DNA of 64,000 bases from an uncultured Cryomorphaceae bacterium (GTDB taxonomy: Bacteria > Bacteroidota > Bacteroidia > Flavobacteriales > UBA7430), in NCBI GenBank assembly GCA_902551855.1, contig CACDER010000002.1, positions 2,916-66,915 on the forward strand, written 5' to 3'. The first letter of the stretch is position 1; every line of letters starts with the position of its first letter. The notes under the pieces are model-generated. The model saw only the letters and a program-made list of their open reading frames with translations, had not been told where the DNA came from and made no database searches. The translations under genes and the position numbers were made by a program. Shown piece after piece: positions 1 to 10,060 of this stretch.

Positions 1-1
1 G

Positions 2-766
2 TTATTGCAATCTAAAATTATCTCTAAAAATATTAGAGAAAATATCAAATTTTCATTAATTCTAAAAGAAACTTCAGATAGTGAATTGAAATTATTGATA
101 AACAAACTAAAATTAAATAAAAATATTAAGTCAATTACATTCAACTCAAAAGATGATGCTGCAGCAAAACTAACTTCAGAAATTAATCAAGATTTTGTTG
201 AAACAATTGGATATAACCCTCTCCCTGATGTTATTGATATTAAATTTTTTAATACAATTTTAATTGAAAAAAATACTTTTGAAATAATTAATTATTTAAA
301 ATCTTTAAATTTTGTCGATGAAATCATATACAATGATATACTGATTAGTACCGTAAAAAATAATCTCAATAAAATTTCTTACTTATTATTATTTACAATA
401 ATTTTATCCACTTTAATATCAATTAGTTTAATTAATTCTTCCATACGATTATTAATATTTTCAAAAAGATTTTTAATTAAAACAATGCAACTTGTTGGAG
501 CAAAAACTAATTTTATCAGGAAGCCATTTATTTTAAATAATATTAAAAATGGTATCATTTCCTCCTTTTTTGCAATTATATTGATTAATATATTAATTGA
601 CTATATTTTAAAATATTTCTCAGAATTAAATATTTTTTTTGATATTAAAAATAAACTTACAATATTTACCATTATTATTTGTTTTGGAATTATTATTCCA
701 TGGGTTTGCACATTCTTAGCAGTAAGAAAATATTTAAAATTAAGTACTAATGATTTATATGAATAA
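2..766 (+). CDS. ftsX: FtsX-like cell-division permease-like membrane protein (5' end cut by window edge)
   Basis: The reading frame is open to the window start. A soluble N-terminal domain is followed by C-terminal TM helices. The FtsX-type motif 'IKTMQLVGAKTNFIRKPF' is present. It is followed by DUF3098 and uppP, as in Bacteroidota. Confidence 0.7.
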   Translation, partial: LLQSKIISKNIRENIKFSLILKETSDSELKLLINKLKLNKNIKSITFNSKDDAAAKLTSEINQDFVETIGYNPLPDVIDIKFFNTILIEKNTFEIINYLKSLNFVDEIIYNDILISTVKNNLNKISYLLLFTIILSTLISISLINSSIRLLIFSKRFLIKTMQLVGAKTNFIRKPFILNNIKNGIISSFFAIILINILIDYILKYFSELNIFFDIKNKLTIFTIIICFGIIIPWVCTFLAVRKYLKLSTNDLYE

Positions 767-768
767 AT

Positions 769-1005
769 ATGAAAAATAACTCTTTATTTAAGAAAGAAAA
801 TTATAAAGTAATGATAATAGGATTGATATTTATAGCTGTAGGTTTTATTCTTATGTCAGGCGGTGATACTAATGATGAAACCAGTTTTAACGAGGAAATA
901 TTCAATTTTAGAAGAATAACCGTAGCTCCAATAATAATTATAATAGGTTTTATTATTGAAGTTTTCGCTATTATGCTTAAAACTAATAGAAATCCGAATA
1001 AATGA
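769..1005 (+). CDS. DUF3098-like small two-TM membrane protein
   Basis: 78 aa with two hydrophobic helices (IIGLIFIAVGFILM; VAPIIIIIGFIIEVFAIML). It sits between ftsX and uppP and has an ATGA overlap with uppP. Confidence 0.6.
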   Translation: MKNNSLFKKENYKVMIIGLIFIAVGFILMSGGDTNDETSFNEEIFNFRRITVAPIIIIIGFIIEVFAIMLKTNRNPNK

Positions 1006-1787
1006 CAATAATTGATGCAATCATTCTTGGAATATTTCAAGGAATGACAGAATTTCTCCCAGTTAGTAGTAGCGGTCATAATGAAATTATTGAATCAATT
1101 CTCAAAATTAATTCTTACGAAAATAATTTATTAACCATTACTGTATTGCATGCTGCAACTGCATTGAGTACTGTTGTAATATTCAAAAAAGAATTCTATA
1201 AAACTTTCTCGGGATTTTTAATGTTTAATTGTAATAACGAATTTAAATTTTCCGTAAAAATAATTATATCAATGATTCCAGCGGTTATTATAGGTTTATT
1301 TTTTGAAAAAAACATTGATCTTTTATTTCAAAATAACTTACTCCTGGTTGGTTTAATGTTAATAGTAACAGGAATTCTATTATTTCTTTCTGATAAAAAA
1401 ATTAAGACGAATAAAGGAATAAGTTTTAAAAATGCTTTTATAATTGGTTTAGCACAATCGATTGCAATTCTCCCAGGTTTATCAAGATCTGGGAGTACTA
1501 TATCAACAGCAATTTTTCTTGGTATTGAGAAAAAATTAGCAGCAAAATTTTCTTTTATGATGGTTGTACCTCTAATTTTTGGAAAGATAATTAAAGACAT
1601 CTATGAACTAAAATTATATGACCTTAATGAAGAATTTACTCCTCTTTTTTTTGGTTTTTTATCGGCATTCTTCACTGGGTTGATTTCATGCTCTTTTATG
1701 ATAAAACTAGTTCAAAAAAGTAAATTACGGTATTTTTCAGTTTACTGTTTTATAATGGGATTTATCTGTTTTATTAAATTTTACTAG
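1002..1787 (+). CDS. uppP: undecaprenyl-diphosphate phosphatase
   Basis: Carries the BacA/UppP signatures 'GMTEFLPVSSSGH' and 'LPGLSRSGSTIS'. Polytopic membrane protein of 261 aa. Confidence 0.9.
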   Translation: MTIIDAIILGIFQGMTEFLPVSSSGHNEIIESILKINSYENNLLTITVLHAATALSTVVIFKKEFYKTFSGFLMFNCNNEFKFSVKIIISMIPAVIIGLFFEKNIDLLFQNNLLLVGLMLIVTGILLFLSDKKIKTNKGISFKNAFIIGLAQSIAILPGLSRSGSTISTAIFLGIEKKLAAKFSFMMVVPLIFGKIIKDIYELKLYDLNEEFTPLFFGFLSAFFTGLISCSFMIKLVQKSKLRYFSVYCFIMGFICFIKFY

Positions 1788-1792
1788 AATAA

Positions 1793-2968
1793 ATGCAGGA
1801 AGATATTATTATAAGTGGTTTTGGAAGTATTTCGTGTTTGGGCTCTGAATATAACGAAATATGGAATAATTATCTTGCTAAAAAGACTAGACTAAGTTTC
1901 AAAAAAATATTAAAATCTAAGATACCTATAGGAATATTAGATAAAATTGAGATAGAAAAAATAAATGAAATTCAACGTGAAAATAAATTTTATAAAAGAT
2001 TAGATAAATCTGTCTTAATGTCAATTTTTGCATCAAGAATAGCAATCAAAAGTTCAAATTGGAATAAAAGTTCAAAATTATCAATTAACATAGGGTCATC
2101 TAGAGGTGCAACTGAATTATTCGAAAAATACCATAAAGATTTTTTGAATAATAAATCGTCAAAATTATCGCCAATATCGTCTCCTAATACTAGTTTAGGT
2201 AATATTTCTACATGGGTTGCGTATGATATTGGATTCAAAGGATTTTCTTTTTCACATTCAATAACTTGCAGTACTGCACTTCATTCAATTTTAAATGGAA
2301 TTGCATGGTTAAAATCTGGAATGTCTAAAAGATTTATTGCAGGAGCATCTGAGGCTCCTATTACAAATTTTACGATTTCTCAAATGAAAAGTTTGAATAT
2401 ATATTCAAATAAACTGACAAAATATCCTTGTCAACCTTTTAATTTAAAAAATAATCAAAATACAATGGTTGTCTCTGAAGGGGCTTCGTCTTTTTGTCTT
2501 GAATTACAAAAAAAACAAAATAAAAAAAGAGTTGTAAAAATTGCTGGATATGGTTATTATAATGAAAAAATAAGCCATAATACCTCTATTAATAAAGAAG
2601 GTATTGGATTATATAATTCAATGAAAATAGCATTAAATATGACTAATTTAAATACTGTAGATTGCATTATAACCCATGCACCTGGAACTATTTTGGGAGA
2701 TAAAAGTGAATTTAATGCAATTAAAAAACTTTTTGGGAAATTTATCCCAAGAATTACATCTAATAAACACATTATGGGTCATTCCTTTTCAAATTCAGGA
2801 GGATCAAGTATTGAAATGGGAATTATGATGCTCAAAAATAATTACTTTATTGATTTACCTTTCGAAACAATTTTTGAAAATAAGAATTTGAATAGTGATC
2901 TGAATTCTATAATGATAAATTCTACAGGATTTGGAGGTAATTCTGTTAGCATTATATTAACTTTATAG
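1793..2968 (+). CDS. divergent beta-ketoacyl-ACP synthase I/II-like condensing enzyme
   Basis: Shows the KAS I/II Cys-His-His pattern: Cys in 'SHSITCSTALHS', His in 'IITHAPGT' and 'KHIMGHSFSNSG'. The C-terminal 'NSTGFGGNSVSIIL' is also typical. At 391 aa it is shorter and more divergent than canonical FabF. Confidence 0.75.
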   Translation: MQEDIIISGFGSISCLGSEYNEIWNNYLAKKTRLSFKKILKSKIPIGILDKIEIEKINEIQRENKFYKRLDKSVLMSIFASRIAIKSSNWNKSSKLSINIGSSRGATELFEKYHKDFLNNKSSKLSPISSPNTSLGNISTWVAYDIGFKGFSFSHSITCSTALHSILNGIAWLKSGMSKRFIAGASEAPITNFTISQMKSLNIYSNKLTKYPCQPFNLKNNQNTMVVSEGASSFCLELQKKQNKKRVVKIAGYGYYNEKISHNTSINKEGIGLYNSMKIALNMTNLNTVDCIITHAPGTILGDKSEFNAIKKLFGKFIPRITSNKHIMGHSFSNSGGSSIEMGIMMLKNNYFIDLPFETIFENKNLNSDLNSIMINSTGFGGNSVSIILTL

Positions 2969-3025
2969 AAAAATTATAAATAAACTTTATATTTGGATTA
3001 TTAAATCAAACCCACATAAAAATTC

Positions 3026-4132
3026 ATGAAGATACCTTACATAAAAAAATGGACACCTTGTAAAATAGAAAAATTATTTAAATTTCCTTTAATTGACTTA
3101 ATTTATGAAGCTTCTAAAATTCATAGGAAACATCATAAATCTAATGAAGTTCAAATTAGTACTTTAATTTCAATAAAAACTGGAGGTTGTCCTGAAGATT
3201 GTGGATATTGTCCTCAAGCCTCCAGATATAATACTAATATTGATAAAAATGAATTAATGAATATTAATAAAGTAAAAGCTCAAGCATTAAGAGCTAAGAG
3301 TTCTGGTTCTTCGAGGATTTGTATGGGGGCAGCATGGAGAAATATAAAAGATGGAGAAGAATTTGATAAAGTTTTAGAAATGATAAAATGTGTTACTGAA
3401 CTTAATATGGAAGTCTGCTGTACACTAGGTATGGTAAATAAAGATCAAGCAAGACGACTTTATGAAGCTGGACTTTATGCCTATAATCACAATGTTGACA
3501 CTTCAGAAGAATATTACAAAAAAATAATTTCTACTAGAGGTTATCAAGATAGAATAAAAACCATAAACAATGTCAGAAAAGCCGGTATTACTGTTTGCTC
3601 GGGTGGTATAATTGGAATGGGAGAGTCTGAAAAAGATAGAGCTTCCATGCTATATACCTTATATAAGCTTGATCCTTATCCAGAATCAGTCCCCATTAAT
3701 GCCTTAGTTCCAGTTAAAGGGACCCCAATGGAAAATAAAATAAAAATTGAAATATGGGACATAATTAAGATGATAGCAATTACCAGAATAGTACTACCAA
3801 AAACTAATGTGAGGCTCTCAGCTGGCAGAAAAGATTTTTCAGATGAGGGTCAAACCTTATGCTTTATATCTGGTGCTAATTCAATTTTTGCTGGAGATAA
3901 ACTTTTAACTACTCCAAATCCTAATATTAATGATGATTTAAAATTATTTAAAATACTAGGAATTAAATACAAAAAGGCATTCAAAAATATTTCTAGAACT
4001 CCAATTAATGAAAATTATAAATTATCTAAAAGAAAATATCCAAAAGAAAATTGGTCTAGACCTAATCATAAAATTCAAGCCAACATTGACTCTGCTAATA
4101 AAGCAAAAAAAATTAAATTTAATAAAGTTTGA
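3026..4132 (+). CDS. bioB: biotin synthase
   Basis: Radical-SAM CxxxCxxC in 'GGCPEDCGYCPQ', plus the 'YNHNVDTS' and 'CSGGIIGMGE' motifs. It has a Lys-rich C-terminal tail. Confidence 0.92.
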   Translation: MKIPYIKKWTPCKIEKLFKFPLIDLIYEASKIHRKHHKSNEVQISTLISIKTGGCPEDCGYCPQASRYNTNIDKNELMNINKVKAQALRAKSSGSSRICMGAAWRNIKDGEEFDKVLEMIKCVTELNMEVCCTLGMVNKDQARRLYEAGLYAYNHNVDTSEEYYKKIISTRGYQDRIKTINNVRKAGITVCSGGIIGMGESEKDRASMLYTLYKLDPYPESVPINALVPVKGTPMENKIKIEIWDIIKMIAITRIVLPKTNVRLSAGRKDFSDEGQTLCFISGANSIFAGDKLLTTPNPNINDDLKLFKILGIKYKKAFKNISRTPINENYKLSKRKYPKENWSRPNHKIQANIDSANKAKKIKFNKV

Positions 4133-4773
4133 TGAAAAAACTACTACTTATTTTAACCCTAATAAATTCAATTAATTGCTTTTCTCAAAATTTTTTTTGG
4201 GGGACAAAAATTGGAATTTCGTCTACTAATCTTAATTTATATAATATAGAAAATAATACAATAAAATTCAAAAATATTTCTGACGTTACAATTGGTTACG
4301 ATTTAGGAATATTCTCTAGAATATCATTTTTCGGTATTTTTGTTCAACCTGAAATTGTTTATTCACAAATAAATTCAAATTTTAATATTTCAAATAACTT
4401 TTCTGATAATTATGATATAGATATATCTTTAAGAAAAAGTAATAATGTTAAGGTTAACAAATTAGATATACCTATTTTATTTGGTAAGAATTTTTTCAAA
4501 ATTACTAGATTCAATGCTGGCCCGGTTTTTAGTTATGTAATAAACCAAAGAAATAAAACTAGTGAGAATAATCAAAATACTGAAATAAATTTTTTTAAAT
4601 CTAATATTAGAGGCCAAATTGGGACGGGGCTAAATCTCCCTTTTCTTATTATTGACATTAGATACGAATTTTCATTAAACCCAATTGGGAAGAAAGTAAA
4701 TATTGAAGAATTAACAATTCAATCTGACCAAAAAATAAATTCTTTTTTAATTTCGATTGGTATCAAACTATAA
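4132..4773 (+). CDS. outer-membrane beta-barrel (porin-family-like) protein
   Basis: Signal peptide MKKLLLILTLINSINCFSQ, an alternating beta-strand pattern, and the C-terminus 'FLISIGIKL'. I prefer the ATG at 4132 (TGATG overlap with the bioB stop) over the ORF-track start at TTG 4129. Confidence 0.6.
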   Translation: MKKLLLILTLINSINCFSQNFFWGTKIGISSTNLNLYNIENNTIKFKNISDVTIGYDLGIFSRISFFGIFVQPEIVYSQINSNFNISNNFSDNYDIDISLRKSNNVKVNKLDIPILFGKNFFKITRFNAGPVFSYVINQRNKTSENNQNTEINFFKSNIRGQIGTGLNLPFLIIDIRYEFSLNPIGKKVNIEELTIQSDQKINSFLISIGIKL

Positions 4774-5100
4774 CTATTTCAATTTAGCATTTTGTTTGTG
4801 TCTAAGAAAATCTCTTTTTGTTTTTTTAATAAAATTTTTTTTGACAGCTTCTTCTAAATCAATTCCTGTTTGATTTGAAATACATACCAAAACCCATAAT
4901 ATATCTGCAAGTTCATCCTCAAGATTATATACTTTATCTGATTCTTTTTGTGATTGATCTCCATATTTTCTAGCAAATATTCTGGCTAACTCTCCAACTT
5001 CTTCCATTAATATGGATAAATTTGTTAACTCACTAAAATATTTTACTCCATACTTTTTTATCCAAAGATCAACTTTTTTTTGAAGTTCTTTAAGTTTCAT
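4774..5100 (-). CDS. MazG-type nucleotide pyrophosphohydrolase domain protein
   Basis: 108 aa, all-helical. 'EEVGELARI' and 'LEDELADILWVLVCISNQTGIDLEEA' match the MazG metal-binding helices. Confidence 0.75.
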   Translation of the reverse strand: MKLKELQKKVDLWIKKYGVKYFSELTNLSILMEEVGELARIFARKYGDQSQKESDKVYNLEDELADILWVLVCISNQTGIDLEEAVKKNFIKKTKRDFLRHKQNAKLK

Positions 5101-5392
5101 TTATACATTATTTTGAAATTACTTTTAATTTAGTAAACATTCTTCTTAAATAAATATTTATAATAATATTAATAAAGATATGATTTTCAAATCACATAAA
5201 AGTTTAGTGTTGATTTAATTGACAATAGTTCTAATATATTAATAATTTTTAAGCATCCAATTTACTAATTTATCTCTAAACTACTTGGTATACTTTTTTA
5301 TTAAAAAAATGTAAATTGTGCATGTTTTAAAAAAATTTAATATAATATTTTTTACTTATTATAAATTCATAATTTTAAAAACTAAATAAAAA

Positions 5393-5422
5393 TTTACATA
5401 AGTATTATTTTACTTATGTAAA
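5393..5422. promoter_or_regulatory. perfect 12-bp inverted repeat (TTTACATAAGTA-N6-TACTTATGTAAA), candidate operator
   Basis: Read directly from the sequence. The arms are 5393-5404 and 5411-5422, and the repeat ends 23 nt upstream of the ATG at 5446. Related half-site-like copies are ATGTAAA at 5309-5315 and TACTTAT at 5353-5359. Confidence 0.3.
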
Positions 5423-5445
5423 ATTTATTCTATTAATTAAAGAAT

Positions 5446-6348
5446 ATGCTCAAAATTGCTCATGATGTTATATATAATCACCAATTAAAAGAGAATCATA
5501 GATTTCCAATGATTAAATATGAACTAATTCCTGAACAACTCATTATGGAAAATACATGTATTGAGAATAATTTTTTTAAGCCTGGGAAAATTAGTGACAA
5601 AATAATACTTTTAACTCATCATGAATTTTATTACAATAAATTAATTAATCAAACACTAAATGATAGAGAAATTAGAGCAATTGGTTTCCCAATGTCAAAT
5701 AAACTTATTAAAAGAGAAAAAATGATTGTTCAAGGCACAATAGAATGTGCTTTGAATTCAATTAAATACGGAATTTCAATGAATATAGCTGGTGGAACTC
5801 ATCATGCCTTCTCTAATCGTGCAGAGGCATTTTGTTTACTCAATGATCAAGCAATTGCTGCAAATTTTTTAATTAATAACGATTATTGTAAAAAAATATT
5901 AATTTTAGATTTGGATGTTCATCAAGGAAATGGAACAGCGGAAATATTTAGTAAAAATATAAATGTTTTTACGGTATCATTTCATGGAGAAAAAAATTAT
6001 CCATTTAGAAAAGAAAAAAGTGATTATGATCATGGTTTTAAGGATGGAACTTCTGATAGAGAATATTTAAATAAAATTAAGTATGATATACCAAGATTAG
6101 TAGAAAAGTTTGAACCAGACTTTATTTTTTACCTTTCAGGTGTAGATATTATTGAAAATGACAAGCTTGGTAGATTGTCTGTTTCAATAAATGGATGCAA
6201 AGAACGAGACAGATTTGTATTAGATTATTGCAAAGCTAATAATATTCCTATACAAGTAAGTATGGGGGGAGGATATTCTCCAAATCTAAAAGATATTATT
6301 GAAGCTCATGCTAACACCTTCAGGCTAGCTCAAGAAATTTACTTTTAA
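5446..6348 (+). CDS. histone deacetylase / acetoin-utilisation (arginase-fold deacetylase) family protein
   Basis: Carries the active-site motifs 'GGTHHAF...AEAFCLLND' and 'DLDVHQGNGT'. 300 aa. Confidence 0.85.
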   Translation: MLKIAHDVIYNHQLKENHRFPMIKYELIPEQLIMENTCIENNFFKPGKISDKIILLTHHEFYYNKLINQTLNDREIRAIGFPMSNKLIKREKMIVQGTIECALNSIKYGISMNIAGGTHHAFSNRAEAFCLLNDQAIAANFLINNDYCKKILILDLDVHQGNGTAEIFSKNINVFTVSFHGEKNYPFRKEKSDYDHGFKDGTSDREYLNKIKYDIPRLVEKFEPDFIFYLSGVDIIENDKLGRLSVSINGCKERDRFVLDYCKANNIPIQVSMGGGYSPNLKDIIEAHANTFRLAQEIYF

Positions 6349-6428
6349 TAGTAAATGGAATCTGACAATATATTTCTAATTAATATGATTAAGAAATTTT
6401 AATAATATTAATTACAATTAGTATGAAA

Positions 6429-6878
6429 TCATTTTTTTTTTGAATTTAATGTTATTGTAAATGGTCCATCATTTACAATATTGACTTTCATATTTTGACC
6501 AAAATAACCAAATTTAGTTTTTTTAAAATTATTGGATTTTATACCAAATTTGAACTTTTCATATAATTTTTCTGCTTTATCTGGTCTTTCAGCTCGAATA
6601 AATGATGGTCTGTTTCCTTTACTTGTATTTGCCAAAAGCGTAAATTGACTAACCAATAAAATTTCCCCATCAACGTCTCTAATTGATAAATTTAATTTAT
6701 CTTTTCCATCGGGAAATACTCTTAAATTTAAAAGCTTATTAACAAGCCAATTTATATCTTTCTCAGAATCTCCAATTTCAATCCCAATAAAAACTAAAAG
6801 CCCCCTATTAATCTTACTTATTAATTTATTTTTAACAAAAATACTTGCATTAGAAACTCTTTGAACAACTAATTTCAT
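6429..6878 (-). CDS. dtd: D-aminoacyl-tRNA deacylase
   Basis: Motifs 'MKLVVQRV', 'SQFTL' and 'NDGPFTI'. 149 aa. Confidence 0.9.
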   Translation of the reverse strand: MKLVVQRVSNASIFVKNKLISKINRGLLVFIGIEIGDSEKDINWLVNKLLNLRVFPDGKDKLNLSIRDVDGEILLVSQFTLLANTSKGNRPSFIRAERPDKAEKLYEKFKFGIKSNNFKKTKFGYFGQNMKVNIVNDGPFTITLNSKKK

Positions 6879-6883
6879 AAAAT

Positions 6884-7801
6884 TTATCTGTATTGGTTTG
6901 AATGGGCTTCTAACAAATTTAGATAACTATTATATCTCATAGATGAAATTTTATTTTCTTTTAAAGCTTTTTTAACACTACATTCTGGTTCATTTAAATG
7001 AATACAATTATTATATTTACATTTGTTTTTTATTTGTTTAAATTCTGGAAAATAATCTGCAAGCTCGGACTTATTAATTTCTACGAGACCCAGACCTTTA
7101 ATTCCTGGAGTATCAATAATTAAACTTTTTGAATTTAATTCATACATTTCTGCAAAAGTGGTAGTGTGAACACCTGTTTTATTTGCTTCAGAAATATTAT
7201 TTGTTTTTATATTTAGATCTGGTAAAATTGAATTTAAAAAAGTTGATTTCCCCACTCCAGAGTTTCCTGAAAGCAAAGTTATTTTATTTTCCATCTCATT
7301 AACTAAGGAGTCTGAGTTAGAAATTTTTAAAGCTGATATCTCAAAACATTTATATCCAATTTTCATAAATTTTGAACTTAATTCTTTTAACTCCTTAATT
7401 TCTTTTTTATTGTAAATATCAATTTTATTAAAAATTAAATATGTTGGTATTTGATAAGCTTCAGCCGTAACAAGAAATCTATTAATGAACATGATAGAAG
7501 TAATAGGAGATTTCATAGTGATAAATAACAAAGCTAAATCAATATTAGAGGCTACAATATGAGTTTGTTTAGACAACTTTACTGATTTTCTTATAATATA
7601 ATTTTTTCTTTCTAAGATATTGTTTATTAAATAATCTTCTCCTTCCTTTATCACATTTACATTATCTCCAACAGCAATTGGATTTGTACTTTTAATTCCC
7701 TTAATTCTAAATTTTCCCTTAATTCTACATTTAACCTTAATATTATTTTTTAACTTTACAAAGTACCAACTACCAGTTGATTTAAATACTGTACCATTCA
7801 T
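6884..7801 (-). CDS. rsgA: ribosome small-subunit-dependent GTPase A
   Basis: Circularly permuted GTPase with 'NKID', 'GNSGVGKSTFLN' and 'DTPG'. The C-terminal zinc knuckle 'CKYNNCIHLNEPEC' is present. Confidence 0.9.
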   Translation of the reverse strand: MNGTVFKSTGSWYFVKLKNNIKVKCRIKGKFRIKGIKSTNPIAVGDNVNVIKEGEDYLINNILERKNYIIRKSVKLSKQTHIVASNIDLALLFITMKSPITSIMFINRFLVTAEAYQIPTYLIFNKIDIYNKKEIKELKELSSKFMKIGYKCFEISALKISNSDSLVNEMENKITLLSGNSGVGKSTFLNSILPDLNIKTNNISEANKTGVHTTTFAEMYELNSKSLIIDTPGIKGLGLVEINKSELADYFPEFKQIKNKCKYNNCIHLNEPECSVKKALKENKISSMRYNSYLNLLEAHSNQYR

Positions 7802-7858
7802 TTAGATTTATTATTAATTTTCCCCTAATTTACAAACTTTAAAATATCAAAAAAAAAT

Positions 7859-8752
7859 ATGTCAGTAGTTATCAAGAAACTCTCAAAAAAATATCCTAAA
7901 AAAAATGCTTTAAGAGATATTTCTTTTGAAATTGACAGAGGAGAAATAATTGGATTATTGGGACCAAATGGGGCAGGTAAATCTACTCTATTCAAAATTT
8001 TATCTGGATTTATAAAAGATTTCGATGGAGAAATTAAAATTTATGACATTGATATTCATAAAAATTCAATTTCAGCAAAAAGTAAAATTGGATATTTACC
8101 TGAAAAAAATCCTTTGTACGATGAAATGTACGTCAAAGAATATCTTGAATTTATTTGTAAAATTCATAAAATAAAAGACTCATCAATAAATACTATAATT
8201 TCAAAAGTTGGTTTAAAAAATGAAAAAAATAAATTAATTAAAAATCTTTCCAAAGGTTATAAACAAAGAGTTGGTTTAGCTCAAGCACTTATCCACGACC
8301 CCGAAGTAATTATTCTTGATGAACCAATTTCTGGATTAGATCCTAATCAAATTATTGAAATAAAAAATTTAATAAAAAATATATCAATTAATAAAATTTT
8401 AATAATATCATCTCATATTATAAGTGAGATTGAAGATATTTGTAACAGAATAGTAATACTAAATAAAGGAAAATTAGTTTTTGATACTAAAGTGAATCAT
8501 CATATTGATAACCATTATAAAATTTTGATTGAATTTGACAAAGAAATTAATATATCAAGATTTAAAAAAATTAATGGAATTCATAAAATTCACAAATTAA
8601 ATAATTACAATTACGAAATATTTCAAAATTTGAATATTGATTCAAAATCTGAAATTATTCAATTTTCAAAAACAAATAAAATTAAAATTTTAAATATGAG
8701 TAAAGTAAAAACAAATATCAAAGATATTTTTAAATTACTTACTAATAATTAA
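7859..8752 (+). CDS. gldA: ABC transporter ATP-binding protein, gliding-motility GldA-like
   Basis: Walker A 'GPNGAGKST', signature 'LSKGYKQRVGLAQAL' and Walker B 'IILDEP'. The stretch 'IGYLPEKNPLYDEMYVKEYLEF' closely matches the GldA pattern as I recall it. No permease gene is adjacent. Confidence 0.65.
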   Translation: MSVVIKKLSKKYPKKNALRDISFEIDRGEIIGLLGPNGAGKSTLFKILSGFIKDFDGEIKIYDIDIHKNSISAKSKIGYLPEKNPLYDEMYVKEYLEFICKIHKIKDSSINTIISKVGLKNEKNKLIKNLSKGYKQRVGLAQALIHDPEVIILDEPISGLDPNQIIEIKNLIKNISINKILIISSHIISEIEDICNRIVILNKGKLVFDTKVNHHIDNHYKILIEFDKEINISRFKKINGIHKIHKLNNYNYEIFQNLNIDSKSEIIQFSKTNKIKILNMSKVKTNIKDIFKLLTNN

Positions 8753-8809
8753 TTTTAAAATTAATTTTTTAAATTCGTAGATAACTAGGATATAACTTAA
8801 AAATCATAA

Positions 8810-10060
8810 ATGTCTTATCTATTTACATCTGAATCAGTATCTGAGGGTCATCCTGATAAAATTGCTGACCAAATTTCAGATGCAATACTAGACTCTTTTC
8901 TTCTAAGAGACTCTGAAGCTAAAGTTGCTTGTGAAACTTTAGTTACTTCTGGATTAGTTATTGTAAGTGGTGAAATTACTTCAAAATCATGGGTTGATAT
9001 CCGTAAAGTAGTAAGAAATACAATAAAAAATATTGGATATAATAAATCTGAATATAAATTTGATGCTGAATCTTGCGCAATAATTTCGACAATTCACGAA
9101 CAATCACCTGATATTTTTCAAGGGGTTGCGAAAGGTAGAGGTCTTCATCAAGAACAAGGTGCGGGAGATCAGGGAATAATGTTTGGGTATGCATGTGATG
9201 AAACAGAGGAACTTATGCCTCTTCCAATTACATTATCTCACATGATCCTAAAAGATCTCTCAAAGATTAGAAAAAGTAAAAAATCTCAAATGAAATATTT
9301 GAGACCAGATTCAAAATGTCAAGTTACTGTTGAATATGATAAAACTAACAAACCTAAAAGAATTCATACAATTGTAATATCCACCCAACATGATGAAAAT
9401 ATCAATAGAGAAGATATCGAGAATGATATTAAAAATATTTTAATTAAAAATCTAATAAAAAAACTTCCCAATAAAATTAAACTTTTATTTGACAATAATA
9501 TTAAATATCATATAAATCCAACAGGTAAATTTGTCATTGGAGGACCTCATGGAGATACTGGTCTTACGGGAAGAAAAATTATAGTTGATACATATGGGGG
9601 GAGTTGTGCACATGGTGGAGGAGCTTTTTCAGGAAAAGATCCATCAAAAGTTGATAGATCAGCTGCATATGCTACAAGATATATTGCCAAAAATTTAGTT
9701 GCTGCAGGAATTTCAAAATCAATTCAAATTCAAGTTTCTTATGCAATTGGTTATCCTAATCCAGTAAATATTCATGTTGATACTTTTGGTACTTCAAAAA
9801 TTAAACACACTGATTCTGAAATTGCATCAATTATAAACAATTTATTCGATTTGAGGCCTGATAAAATTATTGAAAAATTTAAATTAAAAGATCCTATATA
9901 TTTTGATACCGCTGCATATGGTCACATGGGTAGAAAATCTTTTAAAAGGAAAATAGAGATTATGTCTAATTCTTCAGAAAGAAAAATAAAAGAAATCGAA
10001 CTTTTTCCATGGGAAAAAATTGATTCTGTTGATTTAATCAAAAGAAAATTTAAAATATAA
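8810..10060 (+). CDS. metK: S-adenosylmethionine synthetase
   Basis: Signatures '[21 protein letters not shown]', '[12 protein letters not shown]' and '[19 protein letters not shown]'. Confidence 0.95.
   Translation: MSYLFTSESVSEGHPDKIADQISDAILDSFLLRDSEAKVACETLVTSGLVIVSGEITSKSWVDIRKVVRNTIKNIGYNKSEYKFDAESCAIISTIHEQSPDIFQGVAKGRGLHQEQGAGDQGIMFGYACDETEELMPLPITLSHMILKDLSKIRKSKKSQMKYLRPDSKCQVTVEYDKTNKPKRIHTIVISTQHDENINREDIENDIKNILIKNLIKKLPNKIKLLFDNNIKYHINPTGKFVIGGPHGDTGLTGRKIIVDTYGGSCAHGGGAFSGKDPSKVDRSAAYATRYIAKNLVAAGISKSIQIQVSYAIGYPNPVNIHVDTFGTSKIKHTDSEIASIINNLFDLRPDKIIEKFKLKDPIYFDTAAYGHMGRKSFKRKIEIMSNSSERKIKEIELFPWEKIDSVDLIKRKFKI

Noticed and set aside
5101-5445. A small RNA, riboswitch or micro-ORF in the long intergenic region (for example the 12-codon ORF at 5180-5218).
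   Set aside because: The region is almost pure A/T. It has no GC-supported stems other than the single 12-bp palindrome. The micro-ORF has no supporting signal.
6372-6397. An imperfect hairpin (ATTTCTAAT...ATTAAGAAAT) between the convergent HDAC-like and dtd genes, possibly a bidirectional terminator.
   Set aside because: The stem is AT-only, is interrupted by a bulge and lacks a clear flanking T-tract. It cannot be distinguished from chance in this composition.
8753-8809. A SAM riboswitch upstream of metK.
   Set aside because: The gap is only 57 nt, is AT-rich and has no helices. That is too short for any SAM riboswitch class I know.
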